The position numbers and the translations under genes were made by a program. Below are positions 51,991 through 61,452 of a DNA stretch of 64,000 nucleotides, piece by piece (position 1 is the stretch's first letter; each line of letters begins with the position of its first letter). This DNA comes from Chloroflexota bacterium (GTDB taxonomy: Bacteria; Chloroflexota; Dehalococcoidia; Lucifugimonadales; UBA3495): NCBI GenBank assembly GCA_027623675.1, contig JAQBVF010000011.1:29204-93203 (forward strand), read 5' to 3'. Below the pieces are notes generated by a model. It did not search any database, was not told the origin of the DNA, and saw only the letters and a list, made by a program, of their open reading frames with translations.

Positions 51991-53097
51991 TCATCGGTCG
52001 ACTTCGCCCAGGTTGATGTCGAGACTGCCCAGGGTCACGATCATGTCCGCCAATCGCCAGCCCACCAGCAGATGTTCAATGACCGTCAGATTCATCAGCG
52101 AAGGGGAGCGTATCTTGCACCGGTAGGGACTGATCCCGCCGTCCGACACAAGATAGAAGCCCAGCTCTCCCTTGGACGCCTCCACGCGCCCGTAGGCCTC
52201 GGCCCCAGGCTCGGGCCGAAGAACCAAGGGGACGTCCGCACGGGTTGGTCCCGGCTCGATCTGCTGGATGCACTGCCGCACTATGCGGATGCTTTGGTGA
52301 ATCTCTTGAATGCGCACCCAGAAGCGGTCGTAGTTGTCGCCTCCGGTGGCCACCGGCACGTCGAACTCCATCCGGTCGTAGGCGTCGTAGGGGGCCATTT
52401 TGCGCCAGTCCCAACCCAACCCGCTCGCCCGGAGCGTGGGCCCGCTGACCGAACCGTTTATCGCCACATCCAGCGGCAGCAGGCTAACCCCGCGCGTCCG
52501 GACCATCACGATCTCGTTCTCCAGCACCAGTTGTTCCAGCTCCTGGAACTCGGAATGGAAGTCGGCTAGGAACTGGTCCAGGGCCGGCCAGAAGTCTTCC
52601 GGGGCGTCGAAGAACACTCCGCCGGGCCGCGAGTAGCTCAGGGTGATACGCGCTCCGCAGAGCATCTCAAACAGGTCCAGTATCTTCTCCCGCGACCGGA
52701 AGGCGTACATCAGGGGCGTGCCCAGGGTGCCCAGGTCTTGCAGGAAGAAGCCGATGCCCATCAGGTGGCTGGCCACCCGCTGCAGTTCGGCGGTCAGGGT
52801 CCTCAGATACTTGGCCCGCTGCGGCACTTCCAAGCCCATCAGTTGTTCAACCGCCAGGCAATAGGCCTGATTGTTGATCATGGACGAGACGTAGTCCAGC
52901 CGGTCGGTTAGGGTGACGATCTGAGTGTAATTGCGTTCTTCGGCCAGCTTCTCGGTGCCCCGGTGCAGGTACCCGAAGATGGGCTCAACCTCGATGATCT
53001 CCTCGCCGTCAAAGGTAACGCGCAGCCGGAACACCCCGTGGGTGCTGGGGTGCTGGGGTCCGATATTTACCGTCATTGGCTCGGTTCGGATTGACAT
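51991..53097 (-). CDS. nuoD: NADH-quinone oxidoreductase subunit D
   Basis: GPQHPSTHGVFR, GYLHRG.EK, DRLDY, GEVDR C-terminus; no NiFe CxxC motifs. Confidence 0.96.
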   Translation of the reverse strand: MSIRTEPMTVNIGPQHPSTHGVFRLRVTFDGEEIIEVEPIFGYLHRGTEKLAEERNYTQIVTLTDRLDYVSSMINNQAYCLAVEQLMGLEVPQRAKYLRTLTAELQRVASHLMGIGFFLQDLGTLGTPLMYAFRSREKILDLFEMLCGARITLSYSRPGGVFFDAPEDFWPALDQFLADFHSEFQELEQLVLENEIVMVRTRGVSLLPLDVAINGSVSGPTLRASGLGWDWRKMAPYDAYDRMEFDVPVATGGDNYDRFWVRIQEIHQSIRIVRQCIQQIEPGPTRADVPLVLRPEPGAEAYGRVEASKGELGFYLVSDGGISPYRCKIRSPSLMNLTVIEHLLVGWRLADMIVTLGSLDINLGEVDR

Positions 53098-53157
53098 GGG
53101 CTACGCCTGGCCTCGAGATTGGGAGGCTACCGACAACCAAGGTACGCAGAGATACGG

Positions 53158-53207
53158 AAATCCCCCGTCGACCCCCATTTTACAAAGGGAGGTTGGGTGA
53201 ATCTCCC
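53158..53207. repeat. Short palindromic interspersed element in the nuoC-nuoD spacer
   Basis: aaatcccccgtcgacccccattttacaaagggagg; its reverse complement resembles 56680-56717 inside rdgB. Confidence 0.55.
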
Positions 53208-53237
53208 CAGGCCGAGCCAACGCGGCGAAATCAGGCA

Positions 53238-53687
53238 CTACAGGTAGTCCTTTCGCAGCGGGTGGCCGTCAAAACCTTCCCACAACATTATCCGTTTCAG
53301 GTTGGGGTGCCCTTCGAAGCGGATACCCATCAGGTCCCAGATCTCCCGCTCCTGGAAATCGGCCCCCCGCCACAGGTGGTAGACCGTTGGCAATGCCAAC
53401 TCATAGCGGCCGTCCAGCCGGGTTTTCATGAGAGCGGTGTGGCGTTTGCTGAACGAGGTAAGGTGGTAGACAACGTCGAAATGGCTGATGTAATCAACCG
53501 CCGATATGGAGCTCAGGAAATTGAAATCCAGTCCGGCGTCCGATCTCAGGAAAGCGGCGACATCGGCGATTTTCGGAGCGTTGACCCAAAGCGCGCCGTC
53601 ATCCGGTCTATCCGGGGCAAGCGACTCAGGTAGTGCGCCGCCGACCTTCTCAGCCAGTTCAACCACGCCAAGCTGTTGAACGGCCAT
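53238..53687 (-). CDS. nuoC: NADH-quinone oxidoreductase subunit C
   Basis: EREIWDLMGIRFEGHPNLKRI, GHPLRKDY. Confidence 0.95.
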   Translation of the reverse strand: MAVQQLGVVELAEKVGGALPESLAPDRPDDGALWVNAPKIADVAAFLRSDAGLDFNFLSSISAVDYISHFDVVYHLTSFSKRHTALMKTRLDGRYELALPTVYHLWRGADFQEREIWDLMGIRFEGHPNLKRIMLWEGFDGHPLRKDYL

Positions 53688-54341
53688 CTAGGCGTTGTCC
53701 GATCTCGAGCCCTTGCCAAAAAAGGGCAGGTTGGGGCCGCCGGGCAGATTGCGGGATTTCTTGATCTTCTCGTGAAGCTCCATGATGCCGTAGAGCAGCG
53801 CGTCGGGGCGTGGCGGGCATCCCGGAACGTATACATCCACCGGGATGATGTGGTCCACGCCGGGCACCACGCTGTAAGAGCCGTAATAGGGGCCGCCGCT
53901 GGTGGCGCAGACGCCCATGGAGATAACCCATTTGGGCTCGGCCATCTGGTCGTAGATGCGCTTGATGGCCGGGGCCATCTTCCAGGTCACCGTGCCGGCC
54001 ACGATCATCAGGTCGGCCTGCCGGGGCGAGGCACGAAATGCCTCCATGCCGAAACGGGCGATGTCGAAGCGGCCCATGGCGCTGGCGATCATCTCGAAGG
54101 CGCAGCAGGCCAGTCCGAAGGTCACGGGCCACAGGGCCGACTTCCGGCTCCAGTTGACCAGGGCGTCCACCGATGTGACCATCAGGCTATCCTTCAGGTC
54201 TCCGGGCACGTCGATGACCGGCTCGGCCAAAGGCTCGATGGAGGCGTCCTTCAGGTCTTGGACCAACGAACCTTCGTGCCGGTCCAGGTCCCAGGTGCGG
54301 GAGCGCAGGGGGCCGCCCTCTTGTGAGATATCCAATGCCAT
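53688..54341 (-). CDS. nuoB: NADH-quinone oxidoreductase subunit B
   Basis: [27 protein letters not shown]. Confidence 0.96.
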   Translation of the reverse strand: MALDISQEGGPLRSRTWDLDRHEGSLVQDLKDASIEPLAEPVIDVPGDLKDSLMVTSVDALVNWSRKSALWPVTFGLACCAFEMIASAMGRFDIARFGMEAFRASPRQADLMIVAGTVTWKMAPAIKRIYDQMAEPKWVISMGVCATSGGPYYGSYSVVPGVDHIIPVDVYVPGCPPRPDALLYGIMELHEKIKKSRNLPGGPNLPFFGKGSRSDNA

Positions 54342-54350
54342 CAGCGCTGC

Positions 54351-54734
54351 CTATGCCCAGTCCAAATCGTTCTTGCGCCAGGCGTAGGCCAGGCCCACGG
54401 CCAGGATGCCGACAAAGACCGCCATCTCGATCAGCGCGAACAACTCAAGTTGCAGGAACTTGGTCGCCCACGGATAGAGGAACACAACCTCAACGTCGAA
54501 GATGACGAACAGGATGGCGAACATGTAGTAGCGGAAGTTGAACAACTCCCAGCGTCCGCCGATGGACTCAACACCGCACTCATAGGTGTCCAGCTTAACT
54601 TCGGTTGGATTGTTGGGCCGCAGCCCGATCCTGGACGCCATCCATGACATCGTCAACATGCCCACAGGCACGGCGACAGCCACCACCATGAATATGGCGA
54701 TGAGCCCGTATTGCCGGAAATAGTCGTCTAACAT
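54351..54734 (-). CDS. nuoA: NADH-quinone oxidoreductase subunit A
   Basis: [24 protein letters not shown]. Confidence 0.95.
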   Translation of the reverse strand: MLDDYFRQYGLIAIFMVVAVAVPVGMLTMSWMASRIGLRPNNPTEVKLDTYECGVESIGGRWELFNFRYYMFAILFVIFDVEVVFLYPWATKFLQLELFALIEMAVFVGILAVGLAYAWRKNDLDWA

Positions 54735-55009
54735 GGCCGATTCTTACTCGAGCATCTACTAGGGCAGGACTAACACAGCCGCAGACCGGCCCCTGAATCG
54801 TCCAGATTATAGCAGAGAGACCTCGGCCTTTACAGGCAAAACCCTGTTGGACTGTGGCCGGGTATCGGGGCAATGGGCACGTCTTTTCCCCGGCCTGGCT
54901 GGCTGGTACCATGAATCCACGCCCAAACTGGCCGCAAACCGGGCCCCAACCGGGCGTACAGCCACAGTAACGCGGCACGTTTGGGAACACGGCACGATCG
55001 GGAGAAGTT

Positions 55010-56221
55010 TTGACCACAGCCCAAGGACCCTTGGCCGGCCTGAAAGTCCTAGACCTTTCCATCATCGTCGCCGGCGGCACCGCCAGCAGTCTGCTGGCCG
55101 ACTTTGGGGCCGAAGTTGTCAAAGTCGAGCGGCCCGGCAACGGCGACCCGCTGCGAAACTGGGGCCCCTTCGCCAACGGCGTATCCCTATGGTGGAAGGT
55201 CCACTCGCGCAACAAGAAGTCCATCACCCTGAACCTGGGCACGCCGGAAGGCCAGACGCTGCTCAAGCAACTGGCGGCCCAGGCCGACGTTTTGATCGAG
55301 GGATTCAGGCCCGGCGCAATGGAGAAATGGGGGCTGGGCCCCGACGAACTCCAAGCCGTGAACCCCAAGCTGGTGATGCTGCGTTACTCGGGATTCGGAC
55401 AAACTGGCCCCTACAAGGACCGGCCCGGCTTCGGCACCATCGCCGAGTGCATGAGCGGCTACGTAGGCATGACCGGGTTCCCCGACTCCCCTCCCGTGCT
55501 GCCGCCGGTGCCTCTGGCCGACGAGATCGCCGGGGTGTTCGGCGCCATGGCCGGTATGATGGCCCTCTACCACCGGGACGCCTCTGGTAGCCCCGACGCC
55601 AAGGGACAGGTGGTCGATGTGAGCCTCTTCGAGCCGCTTTTCCGGCTGTGCATCCCCCATATCACCATGTTCGACATGCTGGGCATCAACCGGGAACGGG
55701 TGGGCAACGACTTCCCCGACGCCGCGCCGCGCAGTTTATATAAAACGGCTGATGACCGCTGGCTGGGCCTGTCCGCCACCTCCCAGAGCACCTTTGAGAA
55801 TCTGGCCAAGGCGATGGGGATGCCCGAGTTGATCGACCGGCCCGAGTTCCGGGACAACGCCGCCAGGTTGGAGAACCGGGACGCCCTGAACGTGGAACTG
55901 GAGGGCTGGCTGGGTCAGCGTGATCTGAACGAGACCTTGGACCAGTTGATCCCCGCTGGGGGCGTGGTCGGCCCCGTCTACGACGCCGCCCAGATCATGG
56001 AGGACCCCCACTACCAAGCCCGCGAGGACATCATCGACATCGACGACCCCGAACTGGGCCGGACCAAGATGCTGGGCGTGGTCCCCAAGTTCAGCGAAAC
56101 GCCCGGCGCCGTGCAGCACGCCGGCCCCACCGTGGGCGAGCATAACAGCCACATCTACGGCTCATGGCTCGGCTTGGACGAGGGCGACCTTGCGGAGATG
56201 ACCGGGCAGGGGACGATCTAA
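55010..56221 (+). CDS. CaiB/BaiF family (class III) CoA transferase
   Basis: PLAGLKVLDL, GAEVVKVE, RNKKSITL, FRPG, GFGQTGPY, LAD catalytic Asp. Confidence 0.93.
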   Translation: MTTAQGPLAGLKVLDLSIIVAGGTASSLLADFGAEVVKVERPGNGDPLRNWGPFANGVSLWWKVHSRNKKSITLNLGTPEGQTLLKQLAAQADVLIEGFRPGAMEKWGLGPDELQAVNPKLVMLRYSGFGQTGPYKDRPGFGTIAECMSGYVGMTGFPDSPPVLPPVPLADEIAGVFGAMAGMMALYHRDASGSPDAKGQVVDVSLFEPLFRLCIPHITMFDMLGINRERVGNDFPDAAPRSLYKTADDRWLGLSATSQSTFENLAKAMGMPELIDRPEFRDNAARLENRDALNVELEGWLGQRDLNETLDQLIPAGGVVGPVYDAAQIMEDPHYQAREDIIDIDDPELGRTKMLGVVPKFSETPGAVQHAGPTVGEHNSHIYGSWLGLDEGDLAEMTGQGTI

Positions 56222-56222
56222 G

Positions 56223-56972
56223 ATGGCCTACGCCCAGCCCGCCCACCTCCTCATCGCCACGGGCAACCCTGGCAAGATGCGGGAGTACGCCGACCTGCTC
56301 AGCGGCCTTCCCTTCCAGTTGGTCTCCCTGCGGGACCTGGGCATCACCCATGAGGTGAACGAGACCGGAGATACCTTTGAGGAGAACGCCTGGCTCAAGG
56401 CGTCGGAATACGCGGCGATCTCCGGGTTGCTGACACTGGCCGACGACTCGGGACTGGAGGTGGATGCTCTCTCGGGTGCGCCTGGAGTGCGCTCGGCCCG
56501 CTACGGCGGGGATGCCTGCGCCAGCGACCAGGACCGGGTCGCCTTACTGCTAAAGAACCTTGAGGGCGTGCCCTGGGAACAGCGGGGGGCGAGGTTTCGG
56601 TGTGTGATTGCTGTCGCCAGGCTGAGCCTGGACCCGGATACCGCCGGCGGGACCAAACAAGACTTGAGCGACGGCGCGGCCTCCCCATTTCGTGAAGGGG
56701 GACGGGAAGGGGATCTCGACGCCTCGCCGCTGGAAACTTCCACGGAACCACCCGCTCTCGTCGCCCAGACTGAGGGTTCGGTGGCCGGAATGATACAATA
56801 TACCCCTATGGGGGATGATGGTTTTGGCTATGACCCGGTGTTCTATCTCCCAGCCTTCGACAAGACCTTCGCCCAGCTTCCGCTGGCCGATAAAAATAAG
56901 CTCAGTCACCGCGCTTTGGCCGCACAAAAAGCGGTGGAACTCCTGAGAAATCTGAACCCTGAAAGCAGATAG
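56223..56972 (+). CDS. rdgB: Non-canonical purine NTP pyrophosphatase with an internal insertion
   Basis: ATGNPGKMRE, ADDSGL, APGVRSARY, GFGYDPVF, KNKLSHR; extra acidic segment of about 35 aa before EG. Confidence 0.92.
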   Translation: MAYAQPAHLLIATGNPGKMREYADLLSGLPFQLVSLRDLGITHEVNETGDTFEENAWLKASEYAAISGLLTLADDSGLEVDALSGAPGVRSARYGGDACASDQDRVALLLKNLEGVPWEQRGARFRCVIAVARLSLDPDTAGGTKQDLSDGAASPFREGGREGDLDASPLETSTEPPALVAQTEGSVAGMIQYTPMGDDGFGYDPVFYLPAFDKTFAQLPLADKNKLSHRALAAQKAVELLRNLNPESR

Positions 56973-56979
56973 CTCAAGT

Positions 56980-57993
56980 ATGCTTACTGACAAATTCGGC
57001 AGGCCCATGCGTGACCTGCGGATCTCCGTTACCGACCGGTGCAACTTCCGGTGTCCTTACTGCATGCCCGCCGAGATCTACGGCGAGGCCTATGAATTCC
57101 TGCCCAGGGAAGACATCCTCACCTTCGAGGAATTGACCCGGCTGGTGGCATTATTCGCGGAGCATGGCGTCACCAAGCTGCGGATAACCGGCGGCGAGCC
57201 CCTGCTTCGGAACGAACTGCCCCAACTGCTGGGCATGCTGGGCGCCATCGACGGCATCGAAGACCTGACCCTCACCACCAACGGCTATCTGCTGGCCCAG
57301 TTCGCCCAACAGTTGAAGGACTCGGGACTGGGGCGCATCACAGTCAGTCTGGACAGCCTGGACGACGACGTGTTCAAGGCCATGAACGGCCGTGGGTTCG
57401 CGCCGGGGCGTGTCCTCGACGCCATCCAGACCGCCGCCGATGTCGGCCTCTCGCCCATCAAGATTAACTGCGTGGTCCAGAAGGGCGTCAACGACCACAC
57501 CATCGTCGACCTGGCCCGGCACTTCAAGGGCACCGGCCATATAGTCCGCTATATCGAGTACATGGATGTGGGCAACCGCAACGGCTGGCGCTCGGAACAC
57601 GTGGTTCCCGCCGCCGAGATCATCGCCAAGATCGACGCTGAAATGCCCTTGGAACCGGTCGAAAGCAACTACAGGGGCGAGGTAGCCCGCAGATATCGTT
57701 ATAGGGACGGCAGCGGGGAGATCGGCGTCATCGCGTCGGTGACCATGCCCTTCTGCGGCGACTGCACCAGGGTGCGGCTGTCCACCGATGGCCGGATCTT
57801 CACCTGCCTTTTCGCCAGCGAAGGCGTGAGCCTGAGGGACCCGCTGAGGGCCGGCGCCACCGACGACGAACTAAGAGCGTTGATCAGCAGCGTCTGGACC
57901 GGGCGCTCAGACCGGTATTCTGAGGTGCGGGCCGCGTCACCCAACGAACCGGGCGCGCCAAGAAAGATAGAGATGTACCAGATAGGCGGGTAG
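56980..57993 (+). CDS. moaA: GTP 3',8-cyclase
   Basis: LRISVTDRCNFRCPYCMP, TGGEP, FCGDCTRVR...CLF, C-terminal IGG. Confidence 0.97.
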   Translation: MLTDKFGRPMRDLRISVTDRCNFRCPYCMPAEIYGEAYEFLPREDILTFEELTRLVALFAEHGVTKLRITGGEPLLRNELPQLLGMLGAIDGIEDLTLTTNGYLLAQFAQQLKDSGLGRITVSLDSLDDDVFKAMNGRGFAPGRVLDAIQTAADVGLSPIKINCVVQKGVNDHTIVDLARHFKGTGHIVRYIEYMDVGNRNGWRSEHVVPAAEIIAKIDAEMPLEPVESNYRGEVARRYRYRDGSGEIGVIASVTMPFCGDCTRVRLSTDGRIFTCLFASEGVSLRDPLRAGATDDELRALISSVWTGRSDRYSEVRAASPNEPGAPRKIEMYQIGG

Positions 57994-58074
57994 GGAGGAG
58001 GACTCAGCATCCGGCGATCGGCGGTCCGCACTCAGGAAGACCGAGAGCCGATGAATGAAGGCTGATAGCTATCT

Positions 58075-58467
58075 ATGGATATAGTCATTCACACCGACGG
58101 CGCATGCAAGGGCAATCCTGGCCGGGGCGGCTGGGGCGCGGTCATCCAGCAGAACGGCACCCAGAAGATCATCTCCGGCGGCGAACCCAAAACCACCAAC
58201 AACCGCATGGAGATGACGGCCGTGATCAAGGGACTGGAGGCGGTGGACCCGTCGGCCAAGGTCCTGGTTAGCTCTGACAGCACCTATGTGGTTAACACCA
58301 TGACCAAGGGCTGGAAGCGCAAGGCCAACCACGACCTGTGGGAGCAGATGGACCGCCTGGTCAAGGACCGCGACGTCTCTTGGCGCTGGGTGCGAGGCCA
58401 TAACGGCGACCCCGGGAACGAGCTGGCCGACGCCGCGGCCACCAAAGAAGCGGGCACCGCCCGTTAG
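58075..58467 (+). CDS. rnhA: Ribonuclease HI
   Basis: TDGACKGNPG, TTNNRME, DSTYV, WVRGH, NELAD. Confidence 0.96.
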   Translation: MDIVIHTDGACKGNPGRGGWGAVIQQNGTQKIISGGEPKTTNNRMEMTAVIKGLEAVDPSAKVLVSSDSTYVVNTMTKGWKRKANHDLWEQMDRLVKDRDVSWRWVRGHNGDPGNELADAAATKEAGTAR

Positions 58468-58490
58468 CCAGAGCGGGCACCGCCCGTTAG
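58449..58490. repeat. 19-bp direct repeat duplicating the rnhA terminal codons plus stop
   Basis: agcgggcaccgcccgttag at 58449-58467 and 58472-58490. Confidence 0.9.
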
Positions 58491-58541
58491 TTAGCCTGAA
58501 GGCCGACCCTGAAACCCCTCCCCAAGGAGCAACGCAACGTT

Positions 58542-59048
58542 ATGTCCACCACCGACAAGAACCCCGGTCTTCACCTAACCCACCTGGACGAGCAGGGACG
58601 GGCCAAGATGGTGGATGTGGGCGATAAGGACATCACCACCCGCGTCGCCGTGGCCAGGGGTCACGTGTCCATCCAGCCGGAGACGGCGCGCCTGATCCGG
58701 GAAGGGCTGATGAAGAAGGGCGACGTGCTGACCATCGCCCAGTTGGCCGGCATCATGGGCGCCAAGAAGACCTCAGAACTCATCCCGCTGTGCCATCCGC
58801 TGCCCCTAGACCGGGTGGACGTGGACCTGGAACTGGACGAAGCGCAAGGCAGGATCAACGTAACCGCCACCGCGAGCACCACCGCCCGCACCGGGGTGGA
58901 GATGGAGGCCCTGACCGCAGTCTCAGTGGCGTCCCTCACCCTCTACGACATGTGCAAGTCGGTTGACCGTGGCATGCGCATCGAGGCCATCCGCCTGGTA
59001 CAGAAATCCGGCGGCCGCAGCGGCGACATCAACCTTGAGGGCGGCTAG
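58542..59048 (+). CDS. moaC: Cyclic pyranopterin monophosphate synthase
   Basis: [36 protein letters not shown]. Confidence 0.97.
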   Translation: MSTTDKNPGLHLTHLDEQGRAKMVDVGDKDITTRVAVARGHVSIQPETARLIREGLMKKGDVLTIAQLAGIMGAKKTSELIPLCHPLPLDRVDVDLELDEAQGRINVTATASTTARTGVEMEALTAVSVASLTLYDMCKSVDRGMRIEAIRLVQKSGGRSGDINLEGG

Positions 59049-59141
59049 CCTCCTCAGGGATTTCGGCGGGCCGATGGCGGTTGGGGCAGGAACAACGCCC
59101 CCGTCTCCGGCCTGACCATTAATGCATCCGAAGCGCACCCT

Positions 59142-59207
59142 TCCCGTTCATGTCCGCACGTCCCGCTCATGTCCGCCCGTCCCGTTCATGGTGAGTCCGT
59201 CGAACCA
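59142..59207. repeat. 19-bp tandem repeat running into a REP-like element
   Basis: tcccgttcatgtccgcacg / tcccgctcatgtccgcccg / tcccgttcatggtgagtccgtcgaacca. Confidence 0.7.
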
Positions 59208-59248
59208 CACCGGTCTCGGTCAAACGGTCGCCTCAGCCCCCTAACCGA

Positions 59249-59641
59249 TCAGCCCCGGCGGTCGATCTCTGCCTGAAGCAATCGCACCGCCACCGTGGCG
59301 TAGGCGATGTACTGCTCGGGGGGCAGGTCCAACTCGGTGAACCGCTCCACCTGGTCGATGTCGTTTGGGCCATCCGGGCCGGGGATCATCTTCAGGTCTA
59401 GTTCCGATATCTCACCGTCGGCCAACACCACCACGCAGCCCAATTCGGGCGGCGGCTGAAAACCGGAGCCGGACGGCAGTTCAAGCTCGATGGCCTGGAG
59501 CGTGCTCATGCCAAAGAACGCTGGGAACGGCCGCAGCCTAGAGGCCAACTCAACCACGGTGGTCCTTAGGCGTTCGGCAGTCTCACGCGAATGCTCCTCC
59601 GGAGACGGTTGATTGGGCTGTGGTCCTTCTGAAGCAGTCAT
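59249..59641 (-). CDS. Hypothetical protein (130 aa)
   Basis: ATG-started ORF filling the gap with protein-like composition; no motif recognised. Confidence 0.65.
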   Translation of the reverse strand: MTASEGPQPNQPSPEEHSRETAERLRTTVVELASRLRPFPAFFGMSTLQAIELELPSGSGFQPPPELGCVVVLADGEISELDLKMIPGPDGPNDIDQVERFTELDLPPEQYIAYATVAVRLLQAEIDRRG

Positions 59642-59681
59642 TATTCGGTGATTCTAAACCGCCAGATGGCCCCAATGCCAA

Positions 59682-59711
59682 TTGACACTGTCAAATGACC
59701 GCCTTTACCAT
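59682..59711 (+). promoter_or_regulatory. Sigma70-type promoter candidate for the tRNA
   Basis: TTGACA-N18-TACCAT; the -35 lies within the palindrome TTGACA-C-TGTCAA. Confidence 0.5.
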
Positions 59712-59788
59712 TGAAGGGTTGGGGTTCGTCGTCCAGATTGGCCTCAAGCCAGAGTTCACCCAGGCGGCTGGCCGGGTGCTCTTTAGGT

Positions 59789-59864
59789 GGCACCGTAGCT
59801 CAGTGGTTAGAGCGGGCGCTTCATAAGCGCTAGGTCACTGGTTCGAACCCAGTCGGTGCCACCA
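59789..59864 (+). tRNA. tRNA with CAT anticodon (elongator Met most likely; Ile2 not excluded)
   Basis: Acceptor GGCACCG/CGGTGCC, D-arm GCTC/GAGC, anticodon loop TTCATAA, GGTTCGAACCC T-arm, encoded CCA; paired 1-72 argues against initiator. Confidence 0.93.
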
Positions 59865-60000
59865 CCCATCGCATCCTACAAGCTGTCGCCGCGGCAACTT
59901 TGATGCCGTAGACCACCTTACTTTTCATCTTGCTGCTGGGAAAGTGGTTGCTCTGGGGCGCTGCTCATCCACGACACGCTATTTCCACATAGGGGAAATT

Positions 60001-60249
60001 TTGAGTTTTGTAATCACCAAACCCTGTATCGGCGTTAAAGACGCCTCCTGCGTCGAGGTCTGTCCGGTACGCTGCATCTCCAGCGCAGACGACGAGGAGA
60101 TGTATTACATCGACCCGGGAACATGTATCAACTGCTCTTACTGTGAGCCGGTGTGCCCGGTGAACGCCATATTCGACGAGTACCAGATGCCCTCCGATCA
60201 ACGTGAGTTCCTCCGGAAGAACCGCGAGTTCTACACGAAGCGCCCCTAG
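60001..60249 (+). CDS. Ferredoxin (7Fe-type, FdxA-like)
   Basis: TTG start after AGGGG; CIGVKDASCVEVCP and CINCSYCEPVCP motifs. Confidence 0.9.
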   Translation: MSFVITKPCIGVKDASCVEVCPVRCISSADDEEMYYIDPGTCINCSYCEPVCPVNAIFDEYQMPSDQREFLRKNREFYTKRP

Positions 60250-60621
60250 CCGCGCCGAGACCGGTAGGCCACCCTGGCTTTCCAAGTCTCGGTAGCCGGT
60301 AAACGGGGCTAGACTTGCGACCTGGCTGATCCCTGGGCGCTATCAAGACCTGGATCGAGCCGACAGTAACCGGATTACTTCGTCTCCAAATACCAGGTAG
60401 GCCCCGCCCGGCGGCGCGGTATACAATTGGCGGACGGACAGACCGGACCACCGGACTGCCGTCCGTTTTTCTTTGTCACCGGGGTACGGGCCACCGGAAT
60501 CTGGTTGAAGGACCCTCCACCCGGAAGGGCGACCATCAAAGGGCTGCCACCTCATCGGCTTCTCCGTTGACGGCCTGGACCACTCCGGACCCCACATCCC
60601 GATTTCCGAGGAAAGACACTG

Positions 60622-61437
60622 ATGCCCGCAACCAAGCGAATCGGCGCGCTAGTGCCGGCCACAAATCCGGTGGTGGAGCCAGATTTCTACCGGGTCCTGC
60701 CCCCTGAGATCACCGTTCACTTCGAGCGTATGTTCAACGGCGACTGGGGCTCCCAACCCAAGGCATCGGAAGACACCGGGCACCAGGTCTCCATATCCAG
60801 CGAGGAGGCGGCCACGGTTGACACCGCCCTCTTCGGTTTCGACGCCGACAAGATGAACGAGGATGTCAGCCGGGGCGCTCGTTCTCTATCCAACATCAAG
60901 CCCGACATATTGGTCTATGCCTGCACCTCGGGCACCTACCACAAAGGCTACATCCAGTTCGATCAAGAGATGTCCCAGAAGATGCAACTGGCCAGCGGCG
61001 TCGAGTCCATCACCGCCGTGGGTTCCTGCATCGAGGCGTTCAAGTTCATGGGCTCCAAGCGTCTCAGCATCGCCGGACCGTACCGCCATTTCCACCTGCG
61101 CCACCGGCTCAAGCCCCTGCTTGAGGAGGCCGGCTTCGAGGTTTTGAGCGCCGATGGCGAGCCTTGGATGCAGGACTCCATGAACCCGCTGGAGATCGAG
61201 GAAGAAACGGTGGAGACCATCGTCAATTTTGTGCCCACGGTGGTCAGAGACGAAGCCGACACCATCTTCCTGCCCGGAACGGCGTGGCGCGGACTGGATG
61301 CGGTGGAACCCCTGGAGCAGAAGCTGGGCAAGACCGTGATCTCGGTCAACCAGGCAACCATCTGGCTGGCGTTGCGGCGCATCGGCTGGACACAGCCTAT
61401 CCAGGGGTTCGGCAGCCTGCTAAGAAACCTGGGCTAA
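60622..61437 (+). CDS. Asp/Glu racemase superfamily protein (maleate isomerase / arylmalonate decarboxylase-like)
   Basis: RIGALVPATNPVVEPDF, YACTSG, AGPY, LEQKLGKTVISVNQATIW. Confidence 0.87.
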   Translation: MPATKRIGALVPATNPVVEPDFYRVLPPEITVHFERMFNGDWGSQPKASEDTGHQVSISSEEAATVDTALFGFDADKMNEDVSRGARSLSNIKPDILVYACTSGTYHKGYIQFDQEMSQKMQLASGVESITAVGSCIEAFKFMGSKRLSIAGPYRHFHLRHRLKPLLEEAGFEVLSADGEPWMQDSMNPLEIEEETVETIVNFVPTVVRDEADTIFLPGTAWRGLDAVEPLEQKLGKTVISVNQATIWLALRRIGWTQPIQGFGSLLRNLG

Positions 61438-61452
61438 GGGGTCCGGCGCGGG

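Noticed and set aside
51991..54341. Group 4 NiFe hydrogenase instead of complex I
   Set aside because: NuoD lacks the Ni-binding CxxC pairs and NuoB has the tandem CC motif of complex I
59865..60000. Integrated element or att site at the tRNA 3' end
   Set aside because: No integrase, and no duplicate of the tRNA 3' end seen in the window
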